A stretch of 64,000 nt of DNA from an uncultured Acidobacteriota bacterium (GTDB lineage: Bacteria > Acidobacteriota > Terriglobia > Terriglobales > Acidobacteriaceae). Shown here piece after piece: positions 51,460 to 60,552 of this stretch. The notes below the pieces were generated by a model. That model ran no database searches. It saw nothing but the letters and a program-made list of their open reading frames with translations, and was not told the DNA's origin. The stretch covers positions 32,903-96,902 of the forward strand of contig CAVREL010000055.1 in assembly GCA_963720105.1 (NCBI GenBank), given 5' to 3'. A program made the position numbers and the translations under genes. Each line of letters starts with the position of its first letter. Position 1 is the first letter of the stretch.

Positions 51460-53245
51460 ACGCGAAATCGGGATTCTCCTGAACCCGCCCGGCATGGAGG
51501 TAGATGCGCTGATATGGGTGGTAGACCGGCTCCCATACATAGGCCTCAATCGTGTCGGAGATCGCGGACGAATCGGCAATCTCCGCAATGCCCTCGGCCA
51601 TCGCCTGGCGCGCAACGGATTCAGCCACGGCCACGGCCACCCGGCGCGATTCAGCCACGTCCGGCAGCAGGGGGGCAGTGGGGTCGGAGGCAGCGGGCGA
51701 TTGGGCGGCGAGCGCCTTGGCCGCGGCCATCATCATGCCTTCGGTCACCCGGCGCGCACGCGACACGAGGATGCCGAGCGCCAGGCCGGGGAAGATGAAC
51801 GAATTGTTGATCTGCGAAACGCGCACCGTCCGGCCATTCACTTCCACCGGCGGGAAGGGACTGCCGGTCCCCACCAGCGCCCGGCCCTCCGTCCAGCGGA
51901 AAATATCTTCCGGCCTGGCTTCCGAGACCGAGGTTGGATTGGAGAGCGGGAAGATCACCGGATGAGGCGAGTTTCGCGCCATGCTCCGCACCATCTGTTC
52001 CGTGAATGCCCCGGCCTGGGCGGAGACTCCCACGAGCACGGTTACCTTTGCATTCTCCACCGTGTCGTGCAGCGAGATCGGGGCAGCGTTCCACCCCAAG
52101 GACGAAGACCTGTCCTTGGGGACCCCGGCGTTGGAGAGCTTCCAGCCCGCCACTTCGTCTTGCTTGCGCGCCAGCGGCAGCTGGCTGGCGCGAAGGCTCG
52201 GATCTCCTTCGACGATCAGGCCGCGGCGGTTGAACGCGTAGATGCGCTGCCGGGCTTCTGCCTCGGTCAGGCCCTGCTCCCGCATCGCCGCGATCAGCAA
52301 TGCGATGATGCCCACGCCCGCCGAGCCCGATCCGAACATGGCGATGCGCTGGTCGCGCAGGGGAATGCCGGTGGCATGCACAGCGGAAAACAAGGCGCCC
52401 GTGGTCACGGCCGCGGTGCCCTGGATGTCGTCGTTGAACGTGCACAGCCGGTCGCGATAGCGGCTGAGAAGGCGCAGCGCGTTTTCGCCCGCAAAGTCCT
52501 CCCATTGCAGCAGGATGTGCGGCCAGCGGCGCTCGACCGCGGTGACGAAGGCCTCGATGAAGTCCTCATACTCCGGTCCGCGCACGCGATGATGCTGCCA
52601 GCCGATGTAGATGGGATTGCTGAGCAGCTCCTCATTATCCGTGCCCACGTCGAGCAGGATGGGCAGGCAATGCCGGGGCGGGATGCCGCCCAGAGCCGTA
52701 TATAGCGCCATTTTGCCGATGGGAATGCCCATGCCGCCCGCGCCCTGGTCGCCCAGGCCGAGGATGCGTTCGCCGTCACTCACTACGATGCAGCGGATCT
52801 CGTCGTAGCGCGGGTGGGTGAGCATCTGGTCGATGATCTTGCGGTGGGCATAGCTGATGAACAGCCCGCGCGGCTTGCGCCAGATCTCCGAAAAGCGCTG
52901 GCAGCCTTCGCCCACCGCGGGGGTGTAGACGATCGGCAACAGTTCCTCGACGTTATGCTCGATGAGCGAATAAAAGAGGACTTCATCGTTGTCCTGCAGA
53001 TCGCGCATGAGCCTGTACTTCGCAAACGAGTTCGGCTGGTCGTTAAGCGCCATCTTTCGGCGCTCGCGCTGATCCTCGAGCGTGCCGATATGGGGCGGCA
53101 GCAGGCCGTGCAGCGCGAACGCAGTGCGTTCCTCTTCAGTGAATGCTGTGCCCTTGTTGAGCTCGGGGTGGAGCAGCAGGTCGTAGCCGGAAAGATGGGT
53201 GCGAACGACGGTCGCATCGGAGGAGGTTGGGGATTCAGGCGCCAC
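51455..53245 (-). CDS. maeA: NAD-dependent malic enzyme with a 14-aa repeat-derived insertion
   Basis: NKGTAF, VYTPAVG, DGERILGLGD, FNDDIQGT, GSGSAG and PLSNPT. GTG start after a GGAGA RBS. Confidence 0.92.
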   Translation of the reverse strand: MAPESPTSSDATVVRTHLSGYDLLLHPELNKGTAFTEEERTAFALHGLLPPHIGTLEDQRERRKMALNDQPNSFAKYRLMRDLQDNDEVLFYSLIEHNVEELLPIVYTPAVGEGCQRFSEIWRKPRGLFISYAHRKIIDQMLTHPRYDEIRCIVVSDGERILGLGDQGAGGMGIPIGKMALYTALGGIPPRHCLPILLDVGTDNEELLSNPIYIGWQHHRVRGPEYEDFIEAFVTAVERRWPHILLQWEDFAGENALRLLSRYRDRLCTFNDDIQGTAAVTTGALFSAVHATGIPLRDQRIAMFGSGSAGVGIIALLIAAMREQGLTEAEARQRIYAFNRRGLIVEGDPSLRASQLPLARKQDEVAGWKLSNAGVPKDRSSSLGWNAAPISLHDTVENAKVTVLVGVSAQAGAFTEQMVRSMARNSPHPVIFPLSNPTSVSEARPEDIFRWTEGRALVGTGSPFPPVEVNGRTVRVSQINNSFIFPGLALGILVSRARRVTEGMMMAAAKALAAQSPAASDPTAPLLPDVAESRRVAVAVAESVARQAMAEGIAEIADSSAISDTIEAYVWEPVYHPYQRIYLHAGRVQENPDFAL

Positions 53246-53274
53246 GCGATGTTCTCCTGGAAACACCATCTTAA

Positions 53275-53397
53275 GGGACCGAGGGACCGAGGGAACAAGG
53301 GAACAAGGCACCAAGGGACCGAGGGACCGAGGGAACAAGGGAACAAGGGACCGAGGGAACAAGGCACCAAGGGACCGAGGGAACAAGGCACCAAGGG
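53275..53397 (+). repeat. About 15-unit G-rich octamer array
   Basis: GGGACCGA/GGGAACAA/GGCACCAA units. Confidence 0.92.
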
Positions 53398-53571
53398 ATT
53401 AGAGCCGGTTGCATAAATGCTGTTTTGAAAGGGCACGGATTTATCCGTGCCGCAAAAGGGCCAGAATCCGTGGGCTTTAGCCCCTGAGGGAGGTCTTCAA
53501 TGCCCTTGTGAACCATTTGTGCAGCCATCGGTAGGCATTAGGCATTAAAAAGCTGTGAACTGAAAACTGGT

Positions 53572-54696
53572 TCAGGCAAAGGTGATGAGCACCACCTCGG
53601 GGTGTGTGCCCACGCGCATGGGAGGGCCCCATGTCCCGGCGCCGCTGGACGTGAGCACCTGCAGATTGGCGAATCGCTGCAGCCCATAGGTGAACTTGCC
53701 ATACACCCAGCGCACGATCAGCGTGAAAGGGAAGAGCTGGCCGCCATGGGTGTGGCCGGAGAGCTGCAGGCTTACGCCCGACTGCTCCACGATGGGCAGC
53801 CGATGAGGAACGTGATTCAGGAGGATGCTTGCCGGTCCACTGGCCAGGTGCAGAGGCTCAAGGAACGCGCGCAGGTGGGTGGGGTAAGTCGAATCGCCGT
53901 AGGACACGCCGATCACCTGCAGTCCGTCCACATCCACGCGCTCATTGTGCAGGATATGGATGCCGCCGCGGGTAATGGCCCGCTCGTATTCGTCGGCATC
54001 GCCGAAATCCTCGTGGTTGCCTCCGCAGAAGTACATGCCCAAAGGAGGCTGGAGTTCGAACAGCGGCGCCGCAATGCGGGCGGGGTCGGCCTTGGAGCCG
54101 TCATAAAGATCGCCGGCCAGAAAGACAATAGCCGGATCGAGGCGCCGCGCAATGCCCGCAATCCGGCGCGAGAATCCCGCGGCATTGATGTGGCCCAGGT
54201 GCAGGTCGGTGATCAGCAGCGCCGTCCGTCCTTTCCACGATGAGGGCAGGTTGGCCAGGGTCACGGTCAGCCGGCGCTCGCGAATCAGACGGGCGTTGAT
54301 CAACCCGTAGATGCCGATGAGCAACGCTGCACCGAACAGAGCCGTACCGATCCACGGGCGGACCACGGCTGTAGCCACCGGCGTCAGCCGCAGCACCAGG
54401 GCCGCGAGCCAGCAAAGACACGCGGCCCAGAAGAGAAAGTTCAGGAATCCCATCCAGATGGAGGCGAGCTTGTAGAGTACGGCGACCAGGGGATTTGAAA
54501 AGCGAAAGCCCAGCAGAGCGGCAATGATAAAGCTCGTAGAAAGGATGAACAGAGAATTGCGCAGGTAAAGGCTTGCGTCCGGCGCCAGAGGCAGAAACGA
54601 GGGCCAGAACGCAATCAACGTGTGGTAGAGAAACCAATGGCAACAGAACAGGAAAACCTGCAGGAACGCAATGGCAGAAACTGCCCAGACTTTCAA
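53572..54696 (-). CDS. Membrane-bound metallophosphoesterase (YkuE-like)
   Basis: Four TM helices, then TDLH, GDLYD, GNHE and SGHTHGGQ. Confidence 0.9.
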   Translation of the reverse strand: MKVWAVSAIAFLQVFLFCCHWFLYHTLIAFWPSFLPLAPDASLYLRNSLFILSTSFIIAALLGFRFSNPLVAVLYKLASIWMGFLNFLFWAACLCWLAALVLRLTPVATAVVRPWIGTALFGAALLIGIYGLINARLIRERRLTVTLANLPSSWKGRTALLITDLHLGHINAAGFSRRIAGIARRLDPAIVFLAGDLYDGSKADPARIAAPLFELQPPLGMYFCGGNHEDFGDADEYERAITRGGIHILHNERVDVDGLQVIGVSYGDSTYPTHLRAFLEPLHLASGPASILLNHVPHRLPIVEQSGVSLQLSGHTHGGQLFPFTLIVRWVYGKFTYGLQRFANLQVLTSSGAGTWGPPMRVGTHPEVVLITFA

Positions 54697-54802
54697 GTCG
54701 TCTCTCCTTGATCTTTTATGTATCGCGTGATGATGTCTGGCAGATTGCAGAGCGCCGAGGAAATCAGCGGGGAGGAATATACACGTGAAACAATAGTTCT
54801 CG

Positions 54803-56005
54803 ATGTCATTGAAGTCGGCTGACTCGGTTGGTGTTTACGTTTCGGTGCCGTTTTGCCGGTCCAAGTGCACCTACTGCAATTTCGCCTCGGGAGTCTATCC
54901 CTCCGGCGAACAGGAGCGGTATGTCGATCGCCTTCTTGAGGATTTGACGGATGCGCGCGCCTGGGCGTCGCAAGCGAGCGTGAATCTGCCCCGTGGCGTA
55001 GATACAGTTTACCTGGGAGGGGGCACTCCCACCCTGCTTCGTCCGGAACTGATTGGCCGGCTCTTCAAGACTCTGCGGGCCGAGTTCGCGCTCGATCCGC
55101 TGGCGGAAATCACGGTCGAGTGCGCGCCGGGCCAGCTTGCCGACCCGGTGCTGGCGGCGCTGGCTGAATCGGGCGTGAACCGCATCAGCCTGGGGGTGCA
55201 ATCGTTCATCGATCGCGAGGCGCGCGAGACGGGGCGCCTGCACAGCCGGGCAGTCATATTCGACGATCTGCGGCGGCTCCGCGCGGCGGGCATCGCCAAC
55301 CTGAACGTCGACCTGATCGCCGGGATGCCGGGACAGACGTTCGCATCCTGGGATGAATCGCTTGCGGTGCTGATGGACTGCGGCGTACCCCACGCCAGCG
55401 TGTACATGCTGGAAGTGGATGAGGATTCGCGCCTCGGCCGGGAGATGCTCAAGGGCGGCTCGCGCTACCACGCCGGACTGGTGCCAGGCGACGAAGCCAT
55501 CGCGCGCATGTACGAGACGGCTATCGAGCGCCTCGCGGGGGCGGGAATCGAGCCGTACGAGATCTCGAACTTCGCGCGCGCGGGTTTCCGGTCGCGCCAC
55601 AACCTGCGCTATTGGGAGCGGCGGCCGTACCTGGGGCTGGGGCTGGATGCCTCATCGGCGTTGTACGGTGTGGATTCTTTCCTGTTGCGATCCAAAACGA
55701 CCGGCGATCTGCGCGCCTACCTCGAAAACCGCGAGCCGGCGGAAACGGCATGGTCGTCACCCGACCGGCAGCACGAGGAGGCGTGGTTCCTGGGATTGCG
55801 GCTGAGCGAGGGGGTGGAGATTGCCGCGCTCGAACAAGAGTTCGGACGCGAGCGGGTGCGGCCTGCGTTGGCCGTGGCGGAGCACGTGGCCGTTGACGGT
55901 TTGCTGAACTTCGATGGAAGGCGCGCGCGGCTCACGGCCCAAGGGCGTCTCCTGTCGAATGATGTCTTTCAGGAGTTTCTGGGCTTGGAGGCAGGAGTGC
56001 GTTGA
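54803..56005 (+). CDS. hemW: Radical-SAM heme chaperone, HemN-like
   Basis: PFCRSKCTYC, YLGGGTP, RISLGVQS and YEISNF..HNLRYW. Confidence 0.88.
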   Translation: MSLKSADSVGVYVSVPFCRSKCTYCNFASGVYPSGEQERYVDRLLEDLTDARAWASQASVNLPRGVDTVYLGGGTPTLLRPELIGRLFKTLRAEFALDPLAEITVECAPGQLADPVLAALAESGVNRISLGVQSFIDREARETGRLHSRAVIFDDLRRLRAAGIANLNVDLIAGMPGQTFASWDESLAVLMDCGVPHASVYMLEVDEDSRLGREMLKGGSRYHAGLVPGDEAIARMYETAIERLAGAGIEPYEISNFARAGFRSRHNLRYWERRPYLGLGLDASSALYGVDSFLLRSKTTGDLRAYLENREPAETAWSSPDRQHEEAWFLGLRLSEGVEIAALEQEFGRERVRPALAVAEHVAVDGLLNFDGRRARLTAQGRLLSNDVFQEFLGLEAGVR

Positions 56006-56058
56006 GCGCAGCGATTCCGCGGTGGAAGACTGCGGGTGGAGTTGGAATTGAGCACTAT

Positions 56059-56104
56059 CCCACCCTAGCCGCAAAGACAAAGACGCGGCGAGGGTGGGGC
56101 ACCC
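56059..56104. repeat. REP hairpin, CCCACCC...GGGTGGGGCACCC family
   Basis: 43/46 identical (reverse complement) to 36851-36896 inside the cytochrome c gene. Relatives at about 39203, 47447 and 58383. Confidence 0.85.
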
Positions 56105-56144
56105 GAGTCTCTCTGGTTGAAATCGCTCTATTACAGACCGGTGC

Positions 56145-57131
56145 TTACCACGCGAGCTGGCCGTCCGCGGAAGAGACCAGCTCACCCGGATCAGCCTGCG
56201 ACCGGGTGCGGATCGATTCAGGGCCGTCGGCCTGGGCGGCTGCGAGCGCCTGTTCCGCTTCACGCAGCACGACCACCGGGGAACGGCCCTCGCTGGAGGC
56301 GATACCGAAGCCGGCAGTCAAACGGACCGCAACTCCGTCGATCGAGAACGGCAAGGAAAAGACCTCGATGCGAATGCGCTCCGCCAGCGTCACGGCGTTC
56401 ACCGGGCTGCAGCCCGGTAGAGCAAGGACAAATTCGGCCTGACCGGCGCGGCCGACAAGGTCGTAGCTTCGCAGCAGCCGGCGCACGCGCTCCACGGCCA
56501 TGATGAGAAGCTCATCCCATCCCGCGGCGCCGAAGCGCGCGCTCCAGTGCGCTGCGTCATCCATCCCCAGCAGCATCAGGCACAATGGGGTCTTCATCCG
56601 CTGCACGCGATCGGTTTCGCGAAACAGCATGGAGAGCATTGCGGCGCGGTTGTAGAGGCCGGTAAGTGGGTCGGTATGGCTATTCGCAGCAGCCAGCTCG
56701 CGGAGATGTTCGAGCTCCCGGCCATGGCGAAACGTGCGCAGCGCGCAATCGACCCGGACCCGCCAGTGGGGAGCCGGAAGGTCCGGCGGAATGAGGTCGT
56801 CGATTACGCCCTCAGCGAGGCGATCGAGCCATTCCGGCTCGATGCTGCCGGAGATCAACACCACCGGAAACCGCCAGCCTCCGTCGGTGGCACGCAACGC
56901 CGCCAGCAACTGGTCGATGGGCATGCCGGGAAGATCGGCGTCGAGCAGCAGGAGGCCTGGAAAAGACGGACCGGCCAGCGCCTCAAGCACTGCCTGCCCC
57001 GATCGGGCGATGTCGAAGCGTGCATCGGCATCCAGCAGGGCCGGCCGGATGCTGGACGCAAGCCGTGCCGAGCCCGAGGCAAGCAAGATTGTTGGGCTGG
57101 TTTCGGCCGAGATTGGGAACAGGGCGGTCAC
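56145..57131 (-). CDS. REC-like plus degenerate GGDEF-domain protein
   Basis: LLLDADLPG receiver-like part and TDPLTGLYNR. Signature reads GRAGQAEF instead of GGDEF. Confidence 0.85.
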   Translation of the reverse strand: MTALFPISAETSPTILLASGSARLASSIRPALLDADARFDIARSGQAVLEALAGPSFPGLLLLDADLPGMPIDQLLAALRATDGGWRFPVVLISGSIEPEWLDRLAEGVIDDLIPPDLPAPHWRVRVDCALRTFRHGRELEHLRELAAANSHTDPLTGLYNRAAMLSMLFRETDRVQRMKTPLCLMLLGMDDAAHWSARFGAAGWDELLIMAVERVRRLLRSYDLVGRAGQAEFVLALPGCSPVNAVTLAERIRIEVFSLPFSIDGVAVRLTAGFGIASSEGRSPVVVLREAEQALAAAQADGPESIRTRSQADPGELVSSADGQLAW

Positions 57132-57138
57132 ACCCTAT

Positions 57139-57165
57139 GCATCGGCGGAGATTAGAGGAATCTTA
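57139..57165 (-). promoter_or_regulatory. Sigma28 (FliA)-like promoter
   Basis: Minus strand TAAG-N15-GCCGATGC compared with consensus TAAA-N15-GCCGATAA. Confidence 0.6.
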
Positions 57166-57184
57166 GGAAGCCGTCCGCCTGCGC

Positions 57185-57205
57185 TGAGTCATTTGTAATG
57201 ACTCA
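57185..57205. promoter_or_regulatory. Perfect 9-bp inverted repeat, putative regulator site
   Basis: TGAGTCATT-TGT-AATGACTCA, about 20 nt upstream of the sigma28-like promoter. Confidence 0.5.
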
Positions 57206-57319
57206 CGGGTGCGAATGTGCGCGCACAGGTAACGCGCTTGGAATCGGGCGCGAGTTCACCGGCTGCGAAAACCTTTATGCGCGGGGCGTGATTTCGGCAT
57301 TCGACTGCGGGTCTTTTGG

Positions 57320-57398
57320 ATAAAAACAGCAAGTCAGCGTCGCTTCGCGACGTAGCGAGTCAGCAAGTTAGCCCTGAGATCCAGCTGTCACGCAGACA
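57320..57398 (+). mobile_element. MITE-like core plus right end
   Basis: AAACAGCAAGTCAGCGTCGCTTCGCGACGTAGCGAGTCAGC...TCACGCAGACAC-TTTA-GCCC. Confidence 0.7.
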
Positions 57399-57445
57399 CT
57401 TTAGCCCCTGCGGGATGCATTTTTATGGCGTGACTCCACCACTTC

Positions 57446-58318
57446 TCAGTCCACAAAATCCACCAGCGGCGCGATGGGGATGATGCCCCGCTCGTGACCC
57501 AGGTCGAGCAGCTTGCGGATGGCCTTGCGGCCGTCGGCGCCGTAATCGAGCGTGCGCTCGTTCACGTACATGCTTACGAACCGGCTGGCCAGCGACGAAT
57601 CGAGGTCGCGCGCAAACTGCATGGCGTACTCCAGCGCCTGATCGCGGTGATCGAGCGCGTGCTGGATGCTGTCGCGCAGCGCCTTCGATACGATCCTGTG
57701 CACCTCCTCGCCCAGCGAGCGGCGGATCGCATTGCCGCCCAGCGGAAGCACCATTCCGGTGGCTTCGCGCCACCATACTCCCAGGTCGATCACGCGATAC
57801 AGGCCGCTGGACGTGTAGGTGAGCTGGCCCTCGTGGATGATCAGCCCGGCATCATGCTTGCCCGCCAGGATCGACGGAATGATCTTGTCGAAGGGCACGG
57901 TCTCGGTCTGGACGCCGGGGTTATAGATCTTGAGCGCGAGATATGCGGTCGTGAGCGTCCCGGGCACGGCAATGCGAATCTTGTTCAGGTCGTGGGGCGT
58001 GAGCCGCCGGCTGGAGACGATCATGGGTCCGTAGCCTTCGCCCACGCTGCCTCCGCAGCCCATCAGCGTGTAGTTGTTCTGGATGTACGGATAGGCGTGA
58101 AAGCTGATCGCCGAGACATCGAAAAAGGCTTCCTGCTGGGCGCGGCGGTTCAGGGTTTCGATATCGCACAACGTATGCGTGAACCGGTAACCGGGGACGC
58201 GGACTTTGTTCGTCGCCAGGCCGTAAAACATGAAGGCGTCGTCGGAGTCGGGGCTGTGGGCGATGGAGATCTCGCGAAGGCCCGCGGCGATCGCCGGTTC
58301 AGATTGCTGGGTGTTCAC
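57446..58318 (-). CDS. mqnD: MqnA/MqnD family menaquinone (futalosine pathway) protein
   Basis: AHSPDSDDAFMFY, DIETLN, GEGYGP, IIHEGQLTY, LPLGG and MYVNE. Confidence 0.85.
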   Translation of the reverse strand: MNTQQSEPAIAAGLREISIAHSPDSDDAFMFYGLATNKVRVPGYRFTHTLCDIETLNRRAQQEAFFDVSAISFHAYPYIQNNYTLMGCGGSVGEGYGPMIVSSRRLTPHDLNKIRIAVPGTLTTAYLALKIYNPGVQTETVPFDKIIPSILAGKHDAGLIIHEGQLTYTSSGLYRVIDLGVWWREATGMVLPLGGNAIRRSLGEEVHRIVSKALRDSIQHALDHRDQALEYAMQFARDLDSSLASRFVSMYVNERTLDYGADGRKAIRKLLDLGHERGIIPIAPLVDFVD

Positions 58319-58434
58319 GGAGTACACAGATCCTTTCAACGGTACGAAAACGAAACAAACCATCCAGTAAGAAACAAATTTCCGTGCCCCATCTTCGCGC
58401 TTTTTTCTGGCGCTAAGGTGGGAGGCCACGATCC

Positions 58435-59040
58435 TCAACCGGCCGCTTTACGACGCTGCCACCGGATCCATCCTCCGGCCAGCGCCGCCGCGGCGATGAC
58501 CTTCAGCGCATCGCCGGGAAGGAACGGCGCCACCGCCTGCGCCAACACCGCGCCGGCGGATGCGTGAGTCAACATGCCCAGCCACAGGGCGCCCATGCTC
58601 AGGATGAGCAGGCTTCCGGCGGCCGCGCTCACCAGGGCGGCCCAGAATCCGCGACCGCCGCGGCCATAAAGAAACGAGATCAGCAACGCGGCGAACGGAT
58701 AGGCGAGCAGATAGCCGGCCGTGGGGCCGAACAGGTGCGCCAGTCCAGGCGCGCTCGCCGGGCCGGGAGCAAACACCGGAAGGCCGAGCGCGCCTTCGCC
58801 AAGATAGGCAACCAGGCTGGCCGCGGCCAACCGAGGCGACAAAAACAGCCCCAGCACCAGGACGGCGAACGGCTGCAGGGTGAGCGGCACGGGCGTGAAG
58901 TAGAGCGGGAACGCGATGTGGGCGCAGACGGCCGCAAAAGCGCTGGCCGCCAGGATGATGCCCGCGGCGCGCAGCCAGGAAGCCGGAGTGGCTGCGGCGA
59001 CGGCCGCGGCCGAAGCCGGCAATGGGCGTTCAGTGTTCAC
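58435..59040 (-). CDS. bioY: Biotin transporter
   Basis: PVPLTLQ, GALGLPVFA, GPTAGYL and PFLPGDALK. Confidence 0.92.
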   Translation of the reverse strand: MNTERPLPASAAAVAAATPASWLRAAGIILAASAFAAVCAHIAFPLYFTPVPLTLQPFAVLVLGLFLSPRLAAASLVAYLGEGALGLPVFAPGPASAPGLAHLFGPTAGYLLAYPFAALLISFLYGRGGRGFWAALVSAAAGSLLILSMGALWLGMLTHASAGAVLAQAVAPFLPGDALKVIAAAALAGGWIRWQRRKAAG

Positions 59041-59210
59041 GGTGCTTCCTCCGGTTTAATTCCACTCTCTTCGTGAATCTCGGCGCCGGAATGTTCGCGG
59101 TCCGGAACGGGGGGATTACGGTGCTGGCGCCAGATGTGCACGGCCAATCCGCCGGTAGCGAGAAGGAGCGCGAAAAGCGAAACAACGAGGACAACGAATA
59201 ACCAGCGCAT
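59037..59210 (-). CDS. Small 57-aa membrane protein coupled to bioY (not in the ORF track)
   Basis: My translation is MRWLFVVLVVSLFALLLATGGLAVHIWRQHRNPPVPDREHSGAEIHEESGIKPEEAP. GTGA overlap with the bioY start. Confidence 0.7.
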   Translation of the reverse strand: MRWLFVVLVVSLFALLLATGGLAVHIWRQHRNPPVPDREHSGAEIHEESGIKPEEAP

Positions 59211-59269
59211 CAGGCATCAAACGGCCGCAGCAAATCGCCAAACCGCTAATGCCAAGAATATCAAAGGCA

Positions 59270-59405
59270 GGGACCGAGGGAACAAGGGAACAAGGGACCG
59301 AGGGAACAAGGGAACAAGGGAACAAGGGGCCAAGGGAACAAGGGACCAAGGGAACAAGGGACCAAGGGAACAAGGGACCGAGGGAACAGGGAACAGGGAG
59401 GGAGG
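59270..59405 (+). repeat. About 16-unit G-rich octamer array
   Basis: GGGAACAA/GGGACCGA/GGGACCAA units. Confidence 0.92.
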
Positions 59406-59419
59406 CTCCGTCCTGAATT

Positions 59420-59818
59420 TCATTTCGCCTGGGCAAGATTGCCGAACATCCAGGCGAGATACGCGCTGCTTCCGGCTTCGACAGGCAGCACCAGGAACTC
59501 GGGAGTCTCGTAGCTGTGCAACTGGTGCAGCCGCGCCTCCAGCGCCGCAAGCTGCTCGCTGCCGGTCTTCAGCAACAGCATGGCCTCGCTCGACGTTTCA
59601 AGCTTCCCCTTCCAGGAATAGATCGATTCCACCGCGGGGATCAGCGTGGCGCAGGCCGCCAGGCGCTCTTCCACCAGCATTCGGCCAAGCCGGCCGGCTT
59701 CATCAAGATTGGACGCGGTCGTGAGGACGATGCGGGCAGAGGATGTAGCTTCGATCATGAGTGACTCCGGGATCAGTGTAGCCACTTCAGCGGAGAGCAT
59801 CTGCATCTGGGACTCCAT
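59420..59818 (-). CDS. cutA: Divalent-cation tolerance protein
   Basis: LVEERLAAC, SIYSWKG and LHSYETPE. Start uncertain. Confidence 0.9.
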   Translation of the reverse strand: MESQMQMLSAEVATLIPESLMIEATSSARIVLTTASNLDEAGRLGRMLVEERLAACATLIPAVESIYSWKGKLETSSEAMLLLKTGSEQLAALEARLHQLHSYETPEFLVLPVEAGSSAYLAWMFGNLAQAK

Positions 59819-59935
59819 CGGAGCGCGCCCTTTGCCGCAGCGGAGTCCCGCCGTTTATAAACGGTGTGGCGCCATAACCACCGCAGCGGCGAAGACCTCC
59901 CGCCGGGGACCCGGGAGCGGGCGCCGAAAACCAGC

Positions 59936-60552
59936 ATGAGCACAGCGATCAAATTCGGCACGTCGGGGTGGAGGGCCATCGTTGCCGATGAGTTCACGGT
60001 GGCCAACATCCGTCTGGCTGTGGCGGGCATCGCCGCCTATGTCAAATCACAGCCGAAGCCGCACCGTGTCCTGGTGGGCCGTGATCCGCGCTTTCTCGGG
60101 GAATCGTTCGTGGCCGAGGCGGCGCGCGTACTGGCCGGCTCAAGCGTCACGCCGATCGTGATTCCCGAGGTCGCGCCCACGCCCGCTATTGCCCACGCCG
60201 TGCGCACCATGAAGACTTCAGGATCGATTAATTTCACCGCCTCGCACAATCCCCCCGAATACAACGGCATCAAGTACTCCAGTCCCGATGGAGCGGCGGC
60301 CCTGCCCGAAGTGACCACACAGATTGAGGCCGCCATCGCTGAGATCGTCGCCGCCGGCGGCAAAGTGACCTGCGCCAACCCACCTGCTTCCGGGTTCGAG
60401 ACCGCCGATGTGAAGCCCGCTTTCCTCAAGCGGCTGGCCGAACTCGTCGACCTCAAGACGATTGCGAAATCGGGCACCAAGGTCGTGTTCGATCCCTTCT
60501 GGGGCGCGGGACGCGGCTACAGTTGCCGCGTGCTGCGCGAGGCAGGCGTCCC
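59936..60552 (+). pseudogene. Phosphoglucomutase/phosphomannomutase, N-terminal about 205 aa only
   Basis: IKFGTSGWR and TASHNP..NGIK. Recognisable homology ends at LREAGVP, before the metal-binding DxDxDR loop. Confidence 0.85.

Noticed and set aside
59100..59210. tRNA-like sequence near the octamer array
   Set aside because: No cloverleaf or T-loop. The region reads as a small membrane ORF.
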